The translations under genes and the position numbers were made by a program. The notes under the pieces are model-generated. The model was not told where the DNA came from. It saw nothing but the letters and a program-made list of their open reading frames with translations, and made no database searches. Below are positions 47,939 through 58,431 of a DNA stretch of 64,000 nt, piece by piece. How positions within the stretch are numbered: position 1 is the stretch's first letter; every line of letters starts with the position of its first letter. The stretch comes from an uncultured Holophaga sp. (lineage in GTDB: Bacteria; Acidobacteriota; Holophagae; Holophagales; Holophagaceae), in contig OY761614.1 of assembly GCA_963664825.1 (NCBI GenBank), positions 2,048,001 through 2,112,000 on the forward strand. The letters are read 5' to 3'.

Positions 47939-48014
47939 GAGGGCCTCCAGGGTGAGGAGATTCAAGGGGGACGATCTTCAGGCGGCTTTAAGATCGGCGT
48001 GAAGACTCAGGATG

Positions 48015-48977
48015 TCAACGGGGGGCGGGGCCCAGGGTGGCGCCTTCCACGAGGCTCACCGGCACGACTTTCTGGCGCACGGCGTTCTTCTCGATGGCGG
48101 CCAGGGCCAGGGAGACCGCCATGTGGGCGATGGCAGGGATGTCCTGAGCCACGGAGGCCAGGCCTGGGTAGAGTTCCGTCAGGCCATCGAAGCCTAGGAC
48201 CGAGACATCCTTGGGCACATCAATGCCCAGATCCTCCAGGGCGCCCAGGGCGCCGATGGCCATTTCGTCGGTGGCACAGAAGACAGCGGTGGGGCGGCGG
48301 CCCTGCTTCCAGGCATCGCGCATCAGCCGGTAGCCGCCCAGGACGGAACCATCACCCCGCACCGTCGCCGTCTCCAAGTTCTTCAGTCCCGAGGCCGATA
48401 GTCCAGCCTCGAAGCCGTTGGCGCGCTCCCGGGCCCACTGGAGATCATCCCCCACGCTGAGGTGCAGCAACCGCCGGTGTCCCAGGGCCAGCATCCTTTC
48501 GGCGGCCAGGTATCCGCCGCCCAGATCATCCGGGGTCACGGTGGAGATCCCGGGGTAGTGCCCGATCAAGACGGCGGGGGTGCGGCGGGCCGCCAGCGCC
48601 GCCAGGCGCGTGTCGATATCGGCGCAGTGGAACATCAGCACGGCATCGAAATGGCGCCGCACATGGGTGATATCCAGGGGCAGTTCGATGACCTGGGTGG
48701 CGCGCATCTGCATTTCATGCAGGAGCGCCCGCCAGATCAGGTTGAAGTAAGGGGAGAGGCGATTGGCCCCGGCTCCCACCCAGATGCCCAGCGTGTGTTT
48801 GGTGCGCATGGAGAGTTCGCGAGCCACGGGATCCGGCACATAGTCGAGCCGTTTCATGACCTCCAGCACGTTCTGGCGGGTCCTCGTGGCCACCGTGGAC
48901 TTGGCGTTGATGACCCGGCTCACCGTGCCCTTGGACACAGCCGCTTGGCGGGCGATTTCGCCGATGGTGATCTTCAT
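48015..48977 (-). CDS. LacI family regulator of the maltodextrin locus
   Basis: TIGEIARQAAVSKGTVSRVIN HTH, with TAVFCATDEMAIG and VP.DVSVLGFD motifs. Confidence 0.93.
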   Translation of the reverse strand: MKITIGEIARQAAVSKGTVSRVINAKSTVATRTRQNVLEVMKRLDYVPDPVARELSMRTKHTLGIWVGAGANRLSPYFNLIWRALLHEMQMRATQVIELPLDITHVRRHFDAVLMFHCADIDTRLAALAARRTPAVLIGHYPGISTVTPDDLGGGYLAAERMLALGHRRLLHLSVGDDLQWARERANGFEAGLSASGLKNLETATVRGDGSVLGGYRLMRDAWKQGRRPTAVFCATDEMAIGALGALEDLGIDVPKDVSVLGFDGLTELYPGLASVAQDIPAIAHMAVSLALAAIEKNAVRQKVVPVSLVEGATLGPAPR

Positions 48978-49090
48978 GGGTATCGCTTTCCGGATTCAGC
49001 GTGGACACTACGTATGGTTTATTTGGGGATGACCTGACTGGACTCTTCATCAATAGCCATCCAGGGCCCCATATGTCAATGCGTCTTGAT

Positions 49091-49310
49091 TGTAATCGGT
49101 TCCAAAAATTTTATGGCCTGACCTGGTTGAGACGAGTTATGAAAAACAAGGCAATAAAAAAAACTGGTTGACAAGGTTCCCGCCAGGGACAAATATTTCC
49201 AGGCTCATTGCAACCGGTTTCATTTCTCAGGCACGAGTTCCCCCTATCGCCATCAGGCGGCTTTCGGTCGGGCCTGTTTTCTTCCTCGATGTGTATGAAA
49301 CCGGTTTCAT
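49091..49310. promoter_or_regulatory. Three LacI-type operators in the divergent promoter region
   Basis: TGTAATCGGTTCCA (49091), TGCAACCGGTTTCA (49209) and the perfect palindrome ATGAAACCGGTTTCAT (49295). Confidence 0.8.
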
Positions 49311-49407
49311 GAAAATGGTAAATTTAAAGATGTCAACAAAACTAGCACGGCAATGTCCAAGTCCGCTCGATACCTCGGAAAGCCCCATCGGAAAGGAACG
49401 ACAGTCC

Positions 49408-51057
49408 ATGAACGTGCTGCGGCATGGCCCTGACCGATCGACCCAGGCTGAATGGTGGCGGGGTGCCGCCATCTACCAGATCTACCCCCGCAGCTTCCAG
49501 GACACCAATGGCGATGGCATCGGGGACCTGCCTGGCATCACGGCCCGTCTGTCCTACATCGCCGATCTGGGGGTGGATGCCATCTGGATCTCCCCCTTCT
49601 TCACCTCGCCCATGATGGACTTCGGCTATGACGTCTCGGATTACCGGGGCGTGGACCCAATCTTCGGCACCCTGGCCGATTTCGACCGGCTGGTGGCCGA
49701 GGCTCACCGCCTGGGGTTGAAGGTGCTCATCGACCAGGTGCTCAACCACACGTCTGACCAGCACGCCTGGTTCCGGGAGAGCCACCTCGACCGGGACAAC
49801 CCGAAGGCCGACTGGTACGTGTGGGCCGATCCTCGGCTCGACGGCACGCCGCCCAACAACTGGCTATCCGTCTTCGGCGGTTCGGCCTGGACTTGGGATC
49901 CCCGCCGTCGCCAGTACTACCTGCACAATTTCCTGGCCTCCCAGCCGGACCTGAACTTCCACCACGGGCCCGTGCGGGACCAGCTCCTGGAAGAATGCCG
50001 CTTCTGGCTGGAGCGAGGGGTGGATGGCTTCCGCTTCGACGCTTGCAACTTCCATTTCCACGACCAGCGGCTGCGGAACAATCCGCCCGCCGGGGCCAAT
50101 GCGCCGGAACTCTCTTCTGTGCGGCCCGGGAATCCCTATGGTTTCCAGATCCACAAATACGACAAGAGCCAGAAGGAGAACCTGGCCTTCCTGAAGCGCC
50201 TGCGGAAGCTCCTGGATGGCTATGGCGCCATGAGCGTGGGTGAGGTGGGTGAAGAGGAATCCCAAGCGACCATGGCTCAGTACACGGGCGATGGCGACAA
50301 GCTGCACATGGCCTACGGGTTCAGCCTGCTCACCGACGAGTTCAGCGCCAGCCGCATCCGCGAAACGGTCGAAGGCTTGGAAAAGCGCATCAAGCCCGTG
50401 GGCGGCTGGTGTTGCTGGTCCTTCTCCAACCACGATTGCGTCCGGGTCGTCACCCGGTGGGGACAGGGGGCCGGCAGTCCGGAGTTTGCCAAGCTGCTCC
50501 TGGCGGTGCTGGGCTCCCTGCGGGGTTCCTTCTGCATCTACCAGGGGGAGGAGCTGGGCCTCACGGAGGCCGAAGTGCCCTTCGACCGTCTCACCGATCC
50601 CTACGGCATCACCTTCTGGCCGGATTTCAAGGGCCGGGACGGTTGCCGCACGCCGATCCCCTGGACCAGCGAAGCCCCTCACGGGGGATTCTCGAAGGGG
50701 GAACCCTGGCTGCCCGTGGCCCCCGAGCACCTGCCCAAATCCGTTTCCGCCCAGTCCCAGGAACCGGATTCCGTGCTGGGTTTCTATCGGACCTTCCTGG
50801 CCTGGCGCAAGGGTTTCCCGGCCCTGCGGCAGGGGAACCTGCGCTTCCTGAAGTCCGAGCCCCAGGTGCTGGCCATCCGGCGGGAACTGGAGGCCCAGCG
50901 GGTCCTCGCCGTCTTCAATCTGGGCCCTGAACCCGCAGACTTCGCCCTGCCCCTGGGGACACGGGCCCTCCATGGCCATGGTCTTCATGAAGTCGAAGCG
51001 GAGGGTCGGAACCTGCACCTTCCGCCCTGGGGTGGCTTTTTCGGCACCACCAACTGA
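49408..51057 (+). CDS. GH13 alpha-glucosidase
   Basis: WWRGAAIYQIYPRSF, DFGYDVSDY, DQVLNH, GFRFDACN, SNHD, YQGEELG and GRDGCRTP motifs. Confidence 0.93.
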   Translation: MNVLRHGPDRSTQAEWWRGAAIYQIYPRSFQDTNGDGIGDLPGITARLSYIADLGVDAIWISPFFTSPMMDFGYDVSDYRGVDPIFGTLADFDRLVAEAHRLGLKVLIDQVLNHTSDQHAWFRESHLDRDNPKADWYVWADPRLDGTPPNNWLSVFGGSAWTWDPRRRQYYLHNFLASQPDLNFHHGPVRDQLLEECRFWLERGVDGFRFDACNFHFHDQRLRNNPPAGANAPELSSVRPGNPYGFQIHKYDKSQKENLAFLKRLRKLLDGYGAMSVGEVGEEESQATMAQYTGDGDKLHMAYGFSLLTDEFSASRIRETVEGLEKRIKPVGGWCCWSFSNHDCVRVVTRWGQGAGSPEFAKLLLAVLGSLRGSFCIYQGEELGLTEAEVPFDRLTDPYGITFWPDFKGRDGCRTPIPWTSEAPHGGFSKGEPWLPVAPEHLPKSVSAQSQEPDSVLGFYRTFLAWRKGFPALRQGNLRFLKSEPQVLAIRRELEAQRVLAVFNLGPEPADFALPLGTRALHGHGLHEVEAEGRNLHLPPWGGFFGTTN

Positions 51058-51152
51058 ATCGCTCTCTCCCAAGGCCCTCCGAGTCCGGAGTGGCCCATCT
51101 TCAACGCAGTTCACCACAGCCGCTCTCGCGGCATTATTCAGGAGGCAACACC

Positions 51153-52526
51153 ATGAAGCGCAATCGTCTTCTCCTTGCCGCTCTGCCCATGGCGCTGGCG
51201 TGCGGGCCCATGTTCGCCCAGGACGTCTTCGAACTTCACGGCTACATGCGCGCAGGGGTCGGCCGCTCCTCCAATGGCGGTGAGCTTGCCAGCTTCTATA
51301 TGCCCGGCACCGTGGGCAATCCCTCGGGGGGCCCCGGATACCGCCTCGGCAACGAGGAGGATAACTACCTGGAACTGGCCATGGATGTGCGCGCCTACGA
51401 GAAGGGCTCCACGAGCTTCAAGCTCCACTTCCGTCCCACCTTCCGCCAATACAATGACGCTCGGGATGCCAGTACGGATGCCGGTGGGAACGTCGACAGC
51501 TCCCACTCCGCCACCCAGAACCAGATGGTCTACCTCCGGGAGGCCTGGGGCGAAGTGAACGGCATGCTCGGCAGCTCCGATATGCTCAAGGACGCCACCC
51601 TCTGGGCCGGGCGCCGTTTCTACCAGCGCCACGATTCCCATATGCTGGACTTCTACTACTGGAATAACAGCGGCGATGGCGTGGGCCTCGAGAACGTCAA
51701 CGTGGGTCTCGGGAAGTTTAGCTATGCCTACATCCAGGCCGACCGTAACAACGTGGATACCGGGTGGGGGACGGGCAACTTCCCGGGCAAGACTCAGACC
51801 GATGTATTCAACTACAACGGCAAGGTGCTCGTGGGCTCCCACGATCTCCGCTGGTCGGGCCTCTCCCCCTGGCAGGGTGCCTCCTTCACCCTGGGCTTCC
51901 AGTACAACGAACCCAGCAGGCGGAAGGGAACGGATACGCTCGTCTACAACAACATCGGTCGCCGCTTCCACATCGAGTATCAGCAGTCCAATATTCTCGG
52001 GGGCGACAACAAGCTCTACATCACCAAGGGCGATGGCTCCACCTTCTGGAACTGGTACAACCCCGAGTTGAACACCCATAACAACTGGTGGATGGTGATG
52101 GATAACCTCTTCCTCCAGCCCACGAAGCAGTTCGGGGTGGGAGTGGTGGCTGTGCATCGGGTCCAGAACGAGGACGATCGCCAGCCTGGCCATCGGGACA
52201 TGACCTGGAATTCCATCGGTGCCCGTCCCACCTGGTTCTTCAACGATCACATCAGCTTGGCTGCTGAGATTGGCTACGACCAGTTCAAGGTGAAGGGCGA
52301 CGGTTCCGGGGCCGATGGCCAGAACCGCAGCATGCTCAAGAAGACCCTGGCCCTCCAGTTCAGCCCCCAGGCGAGCTGGTGGTCCCGGCCCGTGCTGCGC
52401 CTCTTCGTCACTCGGGCCAATTGGAACAATTACGCCACGGCCTGGGGCACGCCCAGTGCCCTCGGCGTATTCAGTGGCTGCCAGGCCGGCACGACCGTTG
52501 GTGCTCAGGTCGAGGCCTGGTGGTAG
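51153..52526 (+). CDS. lamB: LamB/maltoporin-like carbohydrate porin
   Basis: Signal peptide, HGYMRAG, YRLGNE, WAGRRFYQRHD.H..D.YYW, RPVLR and terminal GAQVEAWW. Confidence 0.9.
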   Translation: MKRNRLLLAALPMALACGPMFAQDVFELHGYMRAGVGRSSNGGELASFYMPGTVGNPSGGPGYRLGNEEDNYLELAMDVRAYEKGSTSFKLHFRPTFRQYNDARDASTDAGGNVDSSHSATQNQMVYLREAWGEVNGMLGSSDMLKDATLWAGRRFYQRHDSHMLDFYYWNNSGDGVGLENVNVGLGKFSYAYIQADRNNVDTGWGTGNFPGKTQTDVFNYNGKVLVGSHDLRWSGLSPWQGASFTLGFQYNEPSRRKGTDTLVYNNIGRRFHIEYQQSNILGGDNKLYITKGDGSTFWNWYNPELNTHNNWWMVMDNLFLQPTKQFGVGVVAVHRVQNEDDRQPGHRDMTWNSIGARPTWFFNDHISLAAEIGYDQFKVKGDGSGADGQNRSMLKKTLALQFSPQASWWSRPVLRLFVTRANWNNYATAWGTPSALGVFSGCQAGTTVGAQVEAWW

Positions 52527-52539
52527 TTCGCAGTTGAAT

Positions 52540-52570
52540 CCAGGCGCCCGAAGCCTCTTCGGGTGCCTGG
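52540..52570 (+). terminator. Intercistronic hairpin after lamB
   Basis: ccaggcgcccgaag-cct-cttcgggtgcctgg. Confidence 0.55.
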
Positions 52571-52652
52571 GCTGTTGACCTTTGCGATTGGCGCTCGCCC
52601 GGGTACCCAATCCGTTCCGGGCGCTGGTCGCGAAATTCCAGCAGGAGCTTGA

Positions 52653-54320
52653 ATGAAGAAACAGGCAGTCATCTTCTCCTTTGCCATGTTGCTTGGCGGG
52701 ATGGGCTGTCTCAGCAATGGCGCCGCGAAGTATCAGCCCGATACTTCCACCCTCGCCCCCGGCCAGCAGATGGAGAACGGGGCGAACTGGTACAACGACG
52801 CGGTGATCTATCAGGTCTGGGTCAAGGCCTTCAGCGATGGCATCAAGGACGATGGCATCGGCGATCTGCCCGGGCTCAAGGGGCGTCTGGATTACCTCCA
52901 GACCCTCGGCATCAATACCATCTGGCTCTCCCCCATTTTCGAGTGCAGCTACAAGGGGGAGAACATGCATGGCTACGATACGGTGGACTACTACGCCATC
53001 AACGACCGCTTCGGCGGAAAGGCCGATCTCAAGAGCCTGCTCGACGACGCCCATGCCCGGGGCATGCGCGTCATCTTCGATTTCGTCCCCAACCATACCT
53101 CCACGGCCCACCCCTGGTTCACGGGGGCCTCGACCCGCGGCACATGGTATCTCTGGCAGCCTTCCATACCGTCCGGATGGGGCTATCCCTGGGGCGGTGG
53201 CTCCCCCAGCGATGTCTGGAAGAGCGGCGCCAATGGGTACTTCTACACCTCCTTCGGTGTGGATTCCATGGCGGACCTGAACTACTTTGAGCCCGCCGTT
53301 GTCTCCGAGATGCAGAACGTCCAGCGCTATTGGCTGGATCGCGGCTTCGATGGCATAAGGGTCGACGCCGTGCGCTACCTCTGTGAGACGGGTCCCGGTC
53401 AGGCCGCGGACCAGCCCGATACCCACGCCCGCCTGAAGGCCTTCCGCTCCGTGCTTGATGAATACGCCACCGGGAATGCCCATCCCCATCCTGGCGATGA
53501 CCCCGCCAAACACAGCGTGAAGATGATGATCGCCGAGGCCTGGACCGATAGTGCCTCCGGCATCACGCCCTACTATGGGAACGGCTCCGACGAATTCAAT
53601 ATGTGCCTGGATTTCAGTCATCCCTGGGCCGTCTACAACGCCATCAACACCCCCGACGCCACCCAGCTCACCAACCTGTGGGACTTCGAAAAATTGCACT
53701 ATCCCGCGGGCTACCGTTCCGCCACCTTCGATTCGAATCACGACAACCTGATCTCCCGCCCCGGCACCCAGTACGGAGGGGATGCCCGGCGCATCATCCT
53801 GGCTGAGGCCCTGAATGTGCTCTCGCCCGGCACACCGATCCTCTACTACGGCAACGAGATCGGGATGACGGGAACCAGCGGCACAGACCTGAATCTGCGG
53901 CAGCCCATGGACTGGAATGCCGTGGCCACCCAGTCCGCCCAGCCCGAATCGATCCTCAATTGGTGCCGCTATCTCATCCAGGCGCGCAACGCCTATCCGG
54001 CCCTCCGGGGCGCCTACAGCGTTCTGCAGACCGATCTTGGAACCGGCAAGGTGCTGGCCTACCTGCGGAGTTCTGGCAACGAGCGCATCATCGTCATCGC
54101 CAATCTCACGGCCTCCACCCAGTCCGCTGTCATCACGGGCCTGGACGCCGCTGGGATTCCGGCCGACGGCCCCGTTGGGGCCGTGATCGGAGACCCGAAG
54201 GGCGTCACGTCCCTGAGCGGCACCTCCTATTCCGTCCTCGATCTGCCCCCCTACGGTCTCCGCGTGCTCTACGCCACAGGCGGGGCCTTCAGGGGCACGC
54301 TCCACGGGGATCGCCCCTAG
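52653..54320 (+). CDS. GH13 alpha-amylase family lipoprotein
   Basis: Lipobox-like GMGC, with HGYD, DFVPNH, GIRVDAV, AEAW, SNHD and YYGNEIG motifs. Confidence 0.9.
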   Translation: MKKQAVIFSFAMLLGGMGCLSNGAAKYQPDTSTLAPGQQMENGANWYNDAVIYQVWVKAFSDGIKDDGIGDLPGLKGRLDYLQTLGINTIWLSPIFECSYKGENMHGYDTVDYYAINDRFGGKADLKSLLDDAHARGMRVIFDFVPNHTSTAHPWFTGASTRGTWYLWQPSIPSGWGYPWGGGSPSDVWKSGANGYFYTSFGVDSMADLNYFEPAVVSEMQNVQRYWLDRGFDGIRVDAVRYLCETGPGQAADQPDTHARLKAFRSVLDEYATGNAHPHPGDDPAKHSVKMMIAEAWTDSASGITPYYGNGSDEFNMCLDFSHPWAVYNAINTPDATQLTNLWDFEKLHYPAGYRSATFDSNHDNLISRPGTQYGGDARRIILAEALNVLSPGTPILYYGNEIGMTGTSGTDLNLRQPMDWNAVATQSAQPESILNWCRYLIQARNAYPALRGAYSVLQTDLGTGKVLAYLRSSGNERIIVIANLTASTQSAVITGLDAAGIPADGPVGAVIGDPKGVTSLSGTSYSVLDLPPYGLRVLYATGGAFRGTLHGDRP

Positions 54321-54420
54321 CATCCCATCAGCACCCAACCCATATTGAAGGCCCTTCCCGTTCCTCCCACCTGAAACTCGATTCCCGTTTTCCTTCATCG
54401 TTCTGCTCGGACCCACTCCC

Positions 54421-55524
54421 ATGGCCAACCTCCAATTCAAGGCACTGCGCAAATCCTTCGGCGAGGTCGAGATCCTCCACGGGATCGACCTGGAGATCCA
54501 GGATGGCGAGTTCATCGTGTTCGTGGGGCCCTCGGGCTGTGGCAAGTCCACGCTGCTGCGCTGCATCGCAGGGCTGGAGGAGATCACCGATGGCGAACTC
54601 CGCATCGGCGGGAAGGTGGTCAACGATGTGCCCCCTTCCAAGCGCGGCATCGCCATGGTGTTCCAGAGCTACGCGCTCTATCCGCACATGACGGTGAGCG
54701 ACAACATGGCCTTTGGCCTCAAGCTGGCCGGGCTGCCCAAGGAGAAGGTCGCCGCCGCAGTGGCGAGGGCCGCCCAGATCCTCCAGATCGAATCCCTCCT
54801 GGACCGCAAGCCCAAGGCCCTCTCCGGAGGCCAGCGCCAGCGCGTGGCCATCGGGCGGGCCATCGTCCGCAAGCCGGGCGTCTTCCTCTTCGACGAGCCC
54901 CTTTCGAACCTGGATGCCGCCCTGCGGGTCCAGATGCGGGTGGAGCTGGCTAGGCTCCACAACGAACTCAAGACCACCATGGTCTATGTCACCCACGATC
55001 AGGTGGAGGCTATGACCCTGGCCAATCGCATCGTGGTCATCAACCAGGGGCGCATCGAGCAGGTGGGCTCCCCCCTGGAGCTCTACCACCACCCGGCCAA
55101 TCTCTTCGTGGCGGGCTTCCTGGGATCTCCCAAGATGAACTTCCTGGAATGTGTCCTGGTTTCGGCCGATGAACGGGGAACCCTCGTGCGCCTTCCGGAC
55201 GGCAGCGAGATCTCGGTGTTGGCCGATGCGCGGGGCCTCAACGCGGGGGATCCCCTGAGTCTAGGCATCCGCCCCGAGCATATCCTCGCCGATGGGTCCG
55301 AAGCCGACCACGTGGTGCGCGGCCATGTGCAGGTGGCGGAGCATCTGGGCGACACCACCTTCCTCTATGTCCGGGTGGCCGGGGCCGAGGAGAACCTCAC
55401 CGTGAAGGCCAGCCCCGATAACACCCTGGGCATGGACGATATCGCCCAGCTCCACTTCCCCCCGCATCGCAGCTTCCTCTTCGATTGTCAGGGTCGGACC
55501 CTTCCGGCCATTCAACCCGTCTGA
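54421..55524 (+). CDS. malK: Maltose/maltodextrin ABC ATP-binding protein
   Basis: GPSGCGKST, VFQSYALYPHM, LSGGQRQR and DEPLSNLDA motifs, plus a C-terminal TOBE-like region. Confidence 0.92.
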   Translation: MANLQFKALRKSFGEVEILHGIDLEIQDGEFIVFVGPSGCGKSTLLRCIAGLEEITDGELRIGGKVVNDVPPSKRGIAMVFQSYALYPHMTVSDNMAFGLKLAGLPKEKVAAAVARAAQILQIESLLDRKPKALSGGQRQRVAIGRAIVRKPGVFLFDEPLSNLDAALRVQMRVELARLHNELKTTMVYVTHDQVEAMTLANRIVVINQGRIEQVGSPLELYHHPANLFVAGFLGSPKMNFLECVLVSADERGTLVRLPDGSEISVLADARGLNAGDPLSLGIRPEHILADGSEADHVVRGHVQVAEHLGDTTFLYVRVAGAEENLTVKASPDNTLGMDDIAQLHFPPHRSFLFDCQGRTLPAIQPV

Positions 55525-55588
55525 GGCGTCCCCTGGACTCCCTCTCGAAACCCCCGTCTGGCCCCGCGGCCCGAAAAAGGAGAAACCC

Positions 55589-56794
55589 ATGAAGTTCCCC
55601 GCTCGAATCACGAAGGTGCTCGGCACCACAGCCCTGGCCCTGGCCGCGGGTTTGGCCTTCACCGCCCGTGCCGGAGAGCCCGGCAAGCTGCTCATCTGGA
55701 TCAACGGTGACAAGGGCTACCACGGTCTCCAGAAGGTGGGCAACGAGTTCACCAAGAAGACCGGCGTGAAGGTGGTGGTGGAGCATCCCGAGGATGCTCC
55801 CGGCAAGTTCCAGGCCGCCGCCGAAGAGGGCAAGGGGCCCGATATCTGGATCTGGGCTCACGACCGGGTGGGCGAGTGGGCCGATAGTGGCGTCATCAAC
55901 GCCCTGAACCCCGGCAAGAAGATCAAGGCCGATATCGATCCCAAGGCCTGGCAGGCCTTCACCATCAAGGGCAAGGTCTGGGCCTACCCCGTGGCCATCG
56001 AGGCCGTCTCCCTGATCTACAACAAGGCCCTCCTGCCCACGCCGCCCAAGACCTTCGAGGAGATCTTCGCCCTGGACAAGAAACTGATGGCCAGGGGCAA
56101 GAAGGCCATCCTGTGGGACTACACCAACACCTACTTCACCATGCCCATGCTGGCGGCCAATGGCGGCTACGCCTTCAGGATGAAGGCCGATGGCACCTAT
56201 AACCCGAAGGATACGGGCGTGAACAATGCCGGGGCCCTCAAGGGCGCCGAGCTGCTCACCCGCATGGTGCGGGAGGGCGTGATGCCCAAGGGCGCCACCT
56301 ACGCCGATATGGAAGCCGGCATGGCCCAGGGCAAGCTGGCCATGATGATCAGCGGCCCCTGGGCCTGGGATAATCTCAAGAAGGCCAAGATCAACTTCGG
56401 CATCGCCAAGCTCCCCACCGTGGGCGGCAGGCCTGCGGCTCCCTTCGTCGGCTACATGGGCGCCATGATCACCAAGGCCGCCTCCAACGCCCACAACGTC
56501 GATATCGCCCGGGAGTTCATCGAGAACCACATGCTGACCCTGAAGGGCCTCGAGACCATCAATGCAGACGTGGCCATCGGCACTCCCGCCAGCAAGCTCG
56601 CCTTCGCCAAGATGAAGTCCGATCCCCTGGTCCAGATCTCCATGGCCAGTGTTCGGGATGGCGTGGTGATGCCCAATAACCCGCAGATGGGGCGCTTCTG
56701 GGCCGCCATGGTTTCTGCCCTCAATAACATGACCGAAGGCCGTCAGACGCCCAAGGAAGCCCTGGATGCCGCTGCCAAGCGGATCCTGAAGTAG
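55589..56794 (+). CDS. malE: Maltose/maltodextrin-binding periplasmic protein
   Basis: GKLLIWINGDKGY, GPDI.IWAHDR, YPVAIEA.SLIYNK, GPWAW and MPN.PQM motifs. Confidence 0.95.
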   Translation: MKFPARITKVLGTTALALAAGLAFTARAGEPGKLLIWINGDKGYHGLQKVGNEFTKKTGVKVVVEHPEDAPGKFQAAAEEGKGPDIWIWAHDRVGEWADSGVINALNPGKKIKADIDPKAWQAFTIKGKVWAYPVAIEAVSLIYNKALLPTPPKTFEEIFALDKKLMARGKKAILWDYTNTYFTMPMLAANGGYAFRMKADGTYNPKDTGVNNAGALKGAELLTRMVREGVMPKGATYADMEAGMAQGKLAMMISGPWAWDNLKKAKINFGIAKLPTVGGRPAAPFVGYMGAMITKAASNAHNVDIAREFIENHMLTLKGLETINADVAIGTPASKLAFAKMKSDPLVQISMASVRDGVVMPNNPQMGRFWAAMVSALNNMTEGRQTPKEALDAAAKRILK

Positions 56795-56804
56795 AATCCC
56801 CGGC

Positions 56805-56833
56805 CTGGATCCGGAGCCCTCGCTCCGGATCCG
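56805..56833 (+). terminator. Intercistronic hairpin after malE
   Basis: ggatccggagc-cctc-gctccggatcc. Confidence 0.55.
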
Positions 56834-56874
56834 GCTAGGGCCCTGCTTGCGCTTCACACTTTGGAATACCGCCC

Positions 56875-58407
56875 ATGAGCATCCCTCCAGCCATCAAGCG
56901 CTTTCTGTACCCCATCCTCATGTTTCTCCTGGGATTGGTGGGGCTCTATTTCGTCGTGGTGGTCTACAGCACCGGCGAAAGCCTCCTGGCCGCCACGATG
57001 CTGGTGGCGCTGGCGGCCTTCATCTGGATCTATACCTGGCCCAAGGCCTACGCCTACCGCTATCTCTTTCCAGGCATCGGCGCGGCCCTGATCTTCGTGG
57101 TATTCCCCATGCTCTACACTGTGAGCCTGGGTTTCACCAACTACAGTTCCAAGAACCTCCTGAACTTCCAGCGCGCCACCCAGTATCTGATGGAGGAGAC
57201 CTACCAGGGGGAGGGCGCCACCTACAACTTCGAGCTCCATCCCGCGGGTGGGCGCGTCGTGGCCCGGCTGGAGAATGCCGATTCGGGTGCGGTCTTCGTG
57301 ACGCCGCCCTTCGCCCTGGGGCAGGAGGCGCATCCCCTGACGCTGGTGGCCGCGCCGGCGGCCCAACCCCTGGCCAGCGAACCCATGAGCATCCGGGAGC
57401 TGATTCCCCGCCAGGACTTCCTGAACAGCCTCACCATCGTCATGCCGGACAAGACCCATGTGCGGATGACGGGCTTGAGCGAGTTCTCCCCCGCTCGCCC
57501 CCTCTTCACCCGCAATGGGGACGGGAGCCTGACCAATAACCAGGACCAGAGCGTCCTCCGGCCCAACTTCAAGACGGGCTTCTACGAGACCGCCGAAGGC
57601 GAAGCCGTGACGCCAGGCTTCCAGGTCAATATCCGGTGGAAGCACTACATCCAGATCTTCACCGACGCCAGCATGAGGGAACCCTTCCTCCAGATCTTCC
57701 TCTGGACGGTCCTCTTCGCGGGGCTGACGGTCTTTTTCGCCACCAGCCTCGGCATGGTGCTGGCGGTCCTGCTGAGCTGGGATTCCCTGCGCTTCAAGGG
57801 GTTCTATCGCCTGCTGCTCTTCCTGCCCTACGCGATCCCATCCTTCCTCTCCATCCTGGTGTTCAAGGGGCTCTTCAATAACAACCTGGGGGAGATCAAT
57901 CTCATCCTCGGTAGCCTGTTCGGGATCAAGCCGGCCTGGTTCTCGGATCCCTTCCTGGCGAAGGCCATGATCCTCATCGTCAATACCTGGCTGGGCTTTC
58001 CCTACATGATGGTGGTCTGCGCGGGCCTCATCAAGGCCATCCCCCAGGATCTCTACGAGGCTTCCGCGGTGGCGGGTGCGGGGCCCCTCACCAATTTCTT
58101 CAAGATCACGGTGCCCCTGATCCGGCGGCCCCTGACGCCCCTCCTGATCGCCTCTTTCGCCTTTAACTTCAACAACTTCGTGCTCATCAGCCTCCTCACC
58201 GGTGGGCGTCCCGACATCCTCAATACCAGCCTCCCGGCGGGCACCACCGACATCCTGGCCACCTACACCTACCGGATCGCCTTCGAAGATTCCGGCCAGC
58301 AGTTCGGTCTCGCGGCGGCCATCTCCACCGTGATCTTCCTGATGGTGGCGGCCATCTCCATCGTGCAGATCCGCTCCTCGAAGATCACGGATGACGAAAA
58401 GAGCTGA
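56875..58407 (+). CDS. malF: Maltose ABC permease MalF
   Basis: FTNYSS.N.L, a large periplasmic loop, LPYAIP, EAA loop DLYEASA..GA, and FAFNFNNF. Confidence 0.95.
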   Translation: MSIPPAIKRFLYPILMFLLGLVGLYFVVVVYSTGESLLAATMLVALAAFIWIYTWPKAYAYRYLFPGIGAALIFVVFPMLYTVSLGFTNYSSKNLLNFQRATQYLMEETYQGEGATYNFELHPAGGRVVARLENADSGAVFVTPPFALGQEAHPLTLVAAPAAQPLASEPMSIRELIPRQDFLNSLTIVMPDKTHVRMTGLSEFSPARPLFTRNGDGSLTNNQDQSVLRPNFKTGFYETAEGEAVTPGFQVNIRWKHYIQIFTDASMREPFLQIFLWTVLFAGLTVFFATSLGMVLAVLLSWDSLRFKGFYRLLLFLPYAIPSFLSILVFKGLFNNNLGEINLILGSLFGIKPAWFSDPFLAKAMILIVNTWLGFPYMMVVCAGLIKAIPQDLYEASAVAGAGPLTNFFKITVPLIRRPLTPLLIASFAFNFNNFVLISLLTGGRPDILNTSLPAGTTDILATYTYRIAFEDSGQQFGLAAAISTVIFLMVAAISIVQIRSSKITDDEKS

Positions 58408-58431
58408 ACAGATCCAGGGAGAAATGGAACC

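Noticed and set aside
51138..54656. 1172-aa minus-strand ORF and other long antisense ORFs (e.g. 22612-25044, 31605-34064, 18838-20958)
   Set aside because: They are shadow frames of well-supported genes in high-GC DNA and carry no recognisable motifs.
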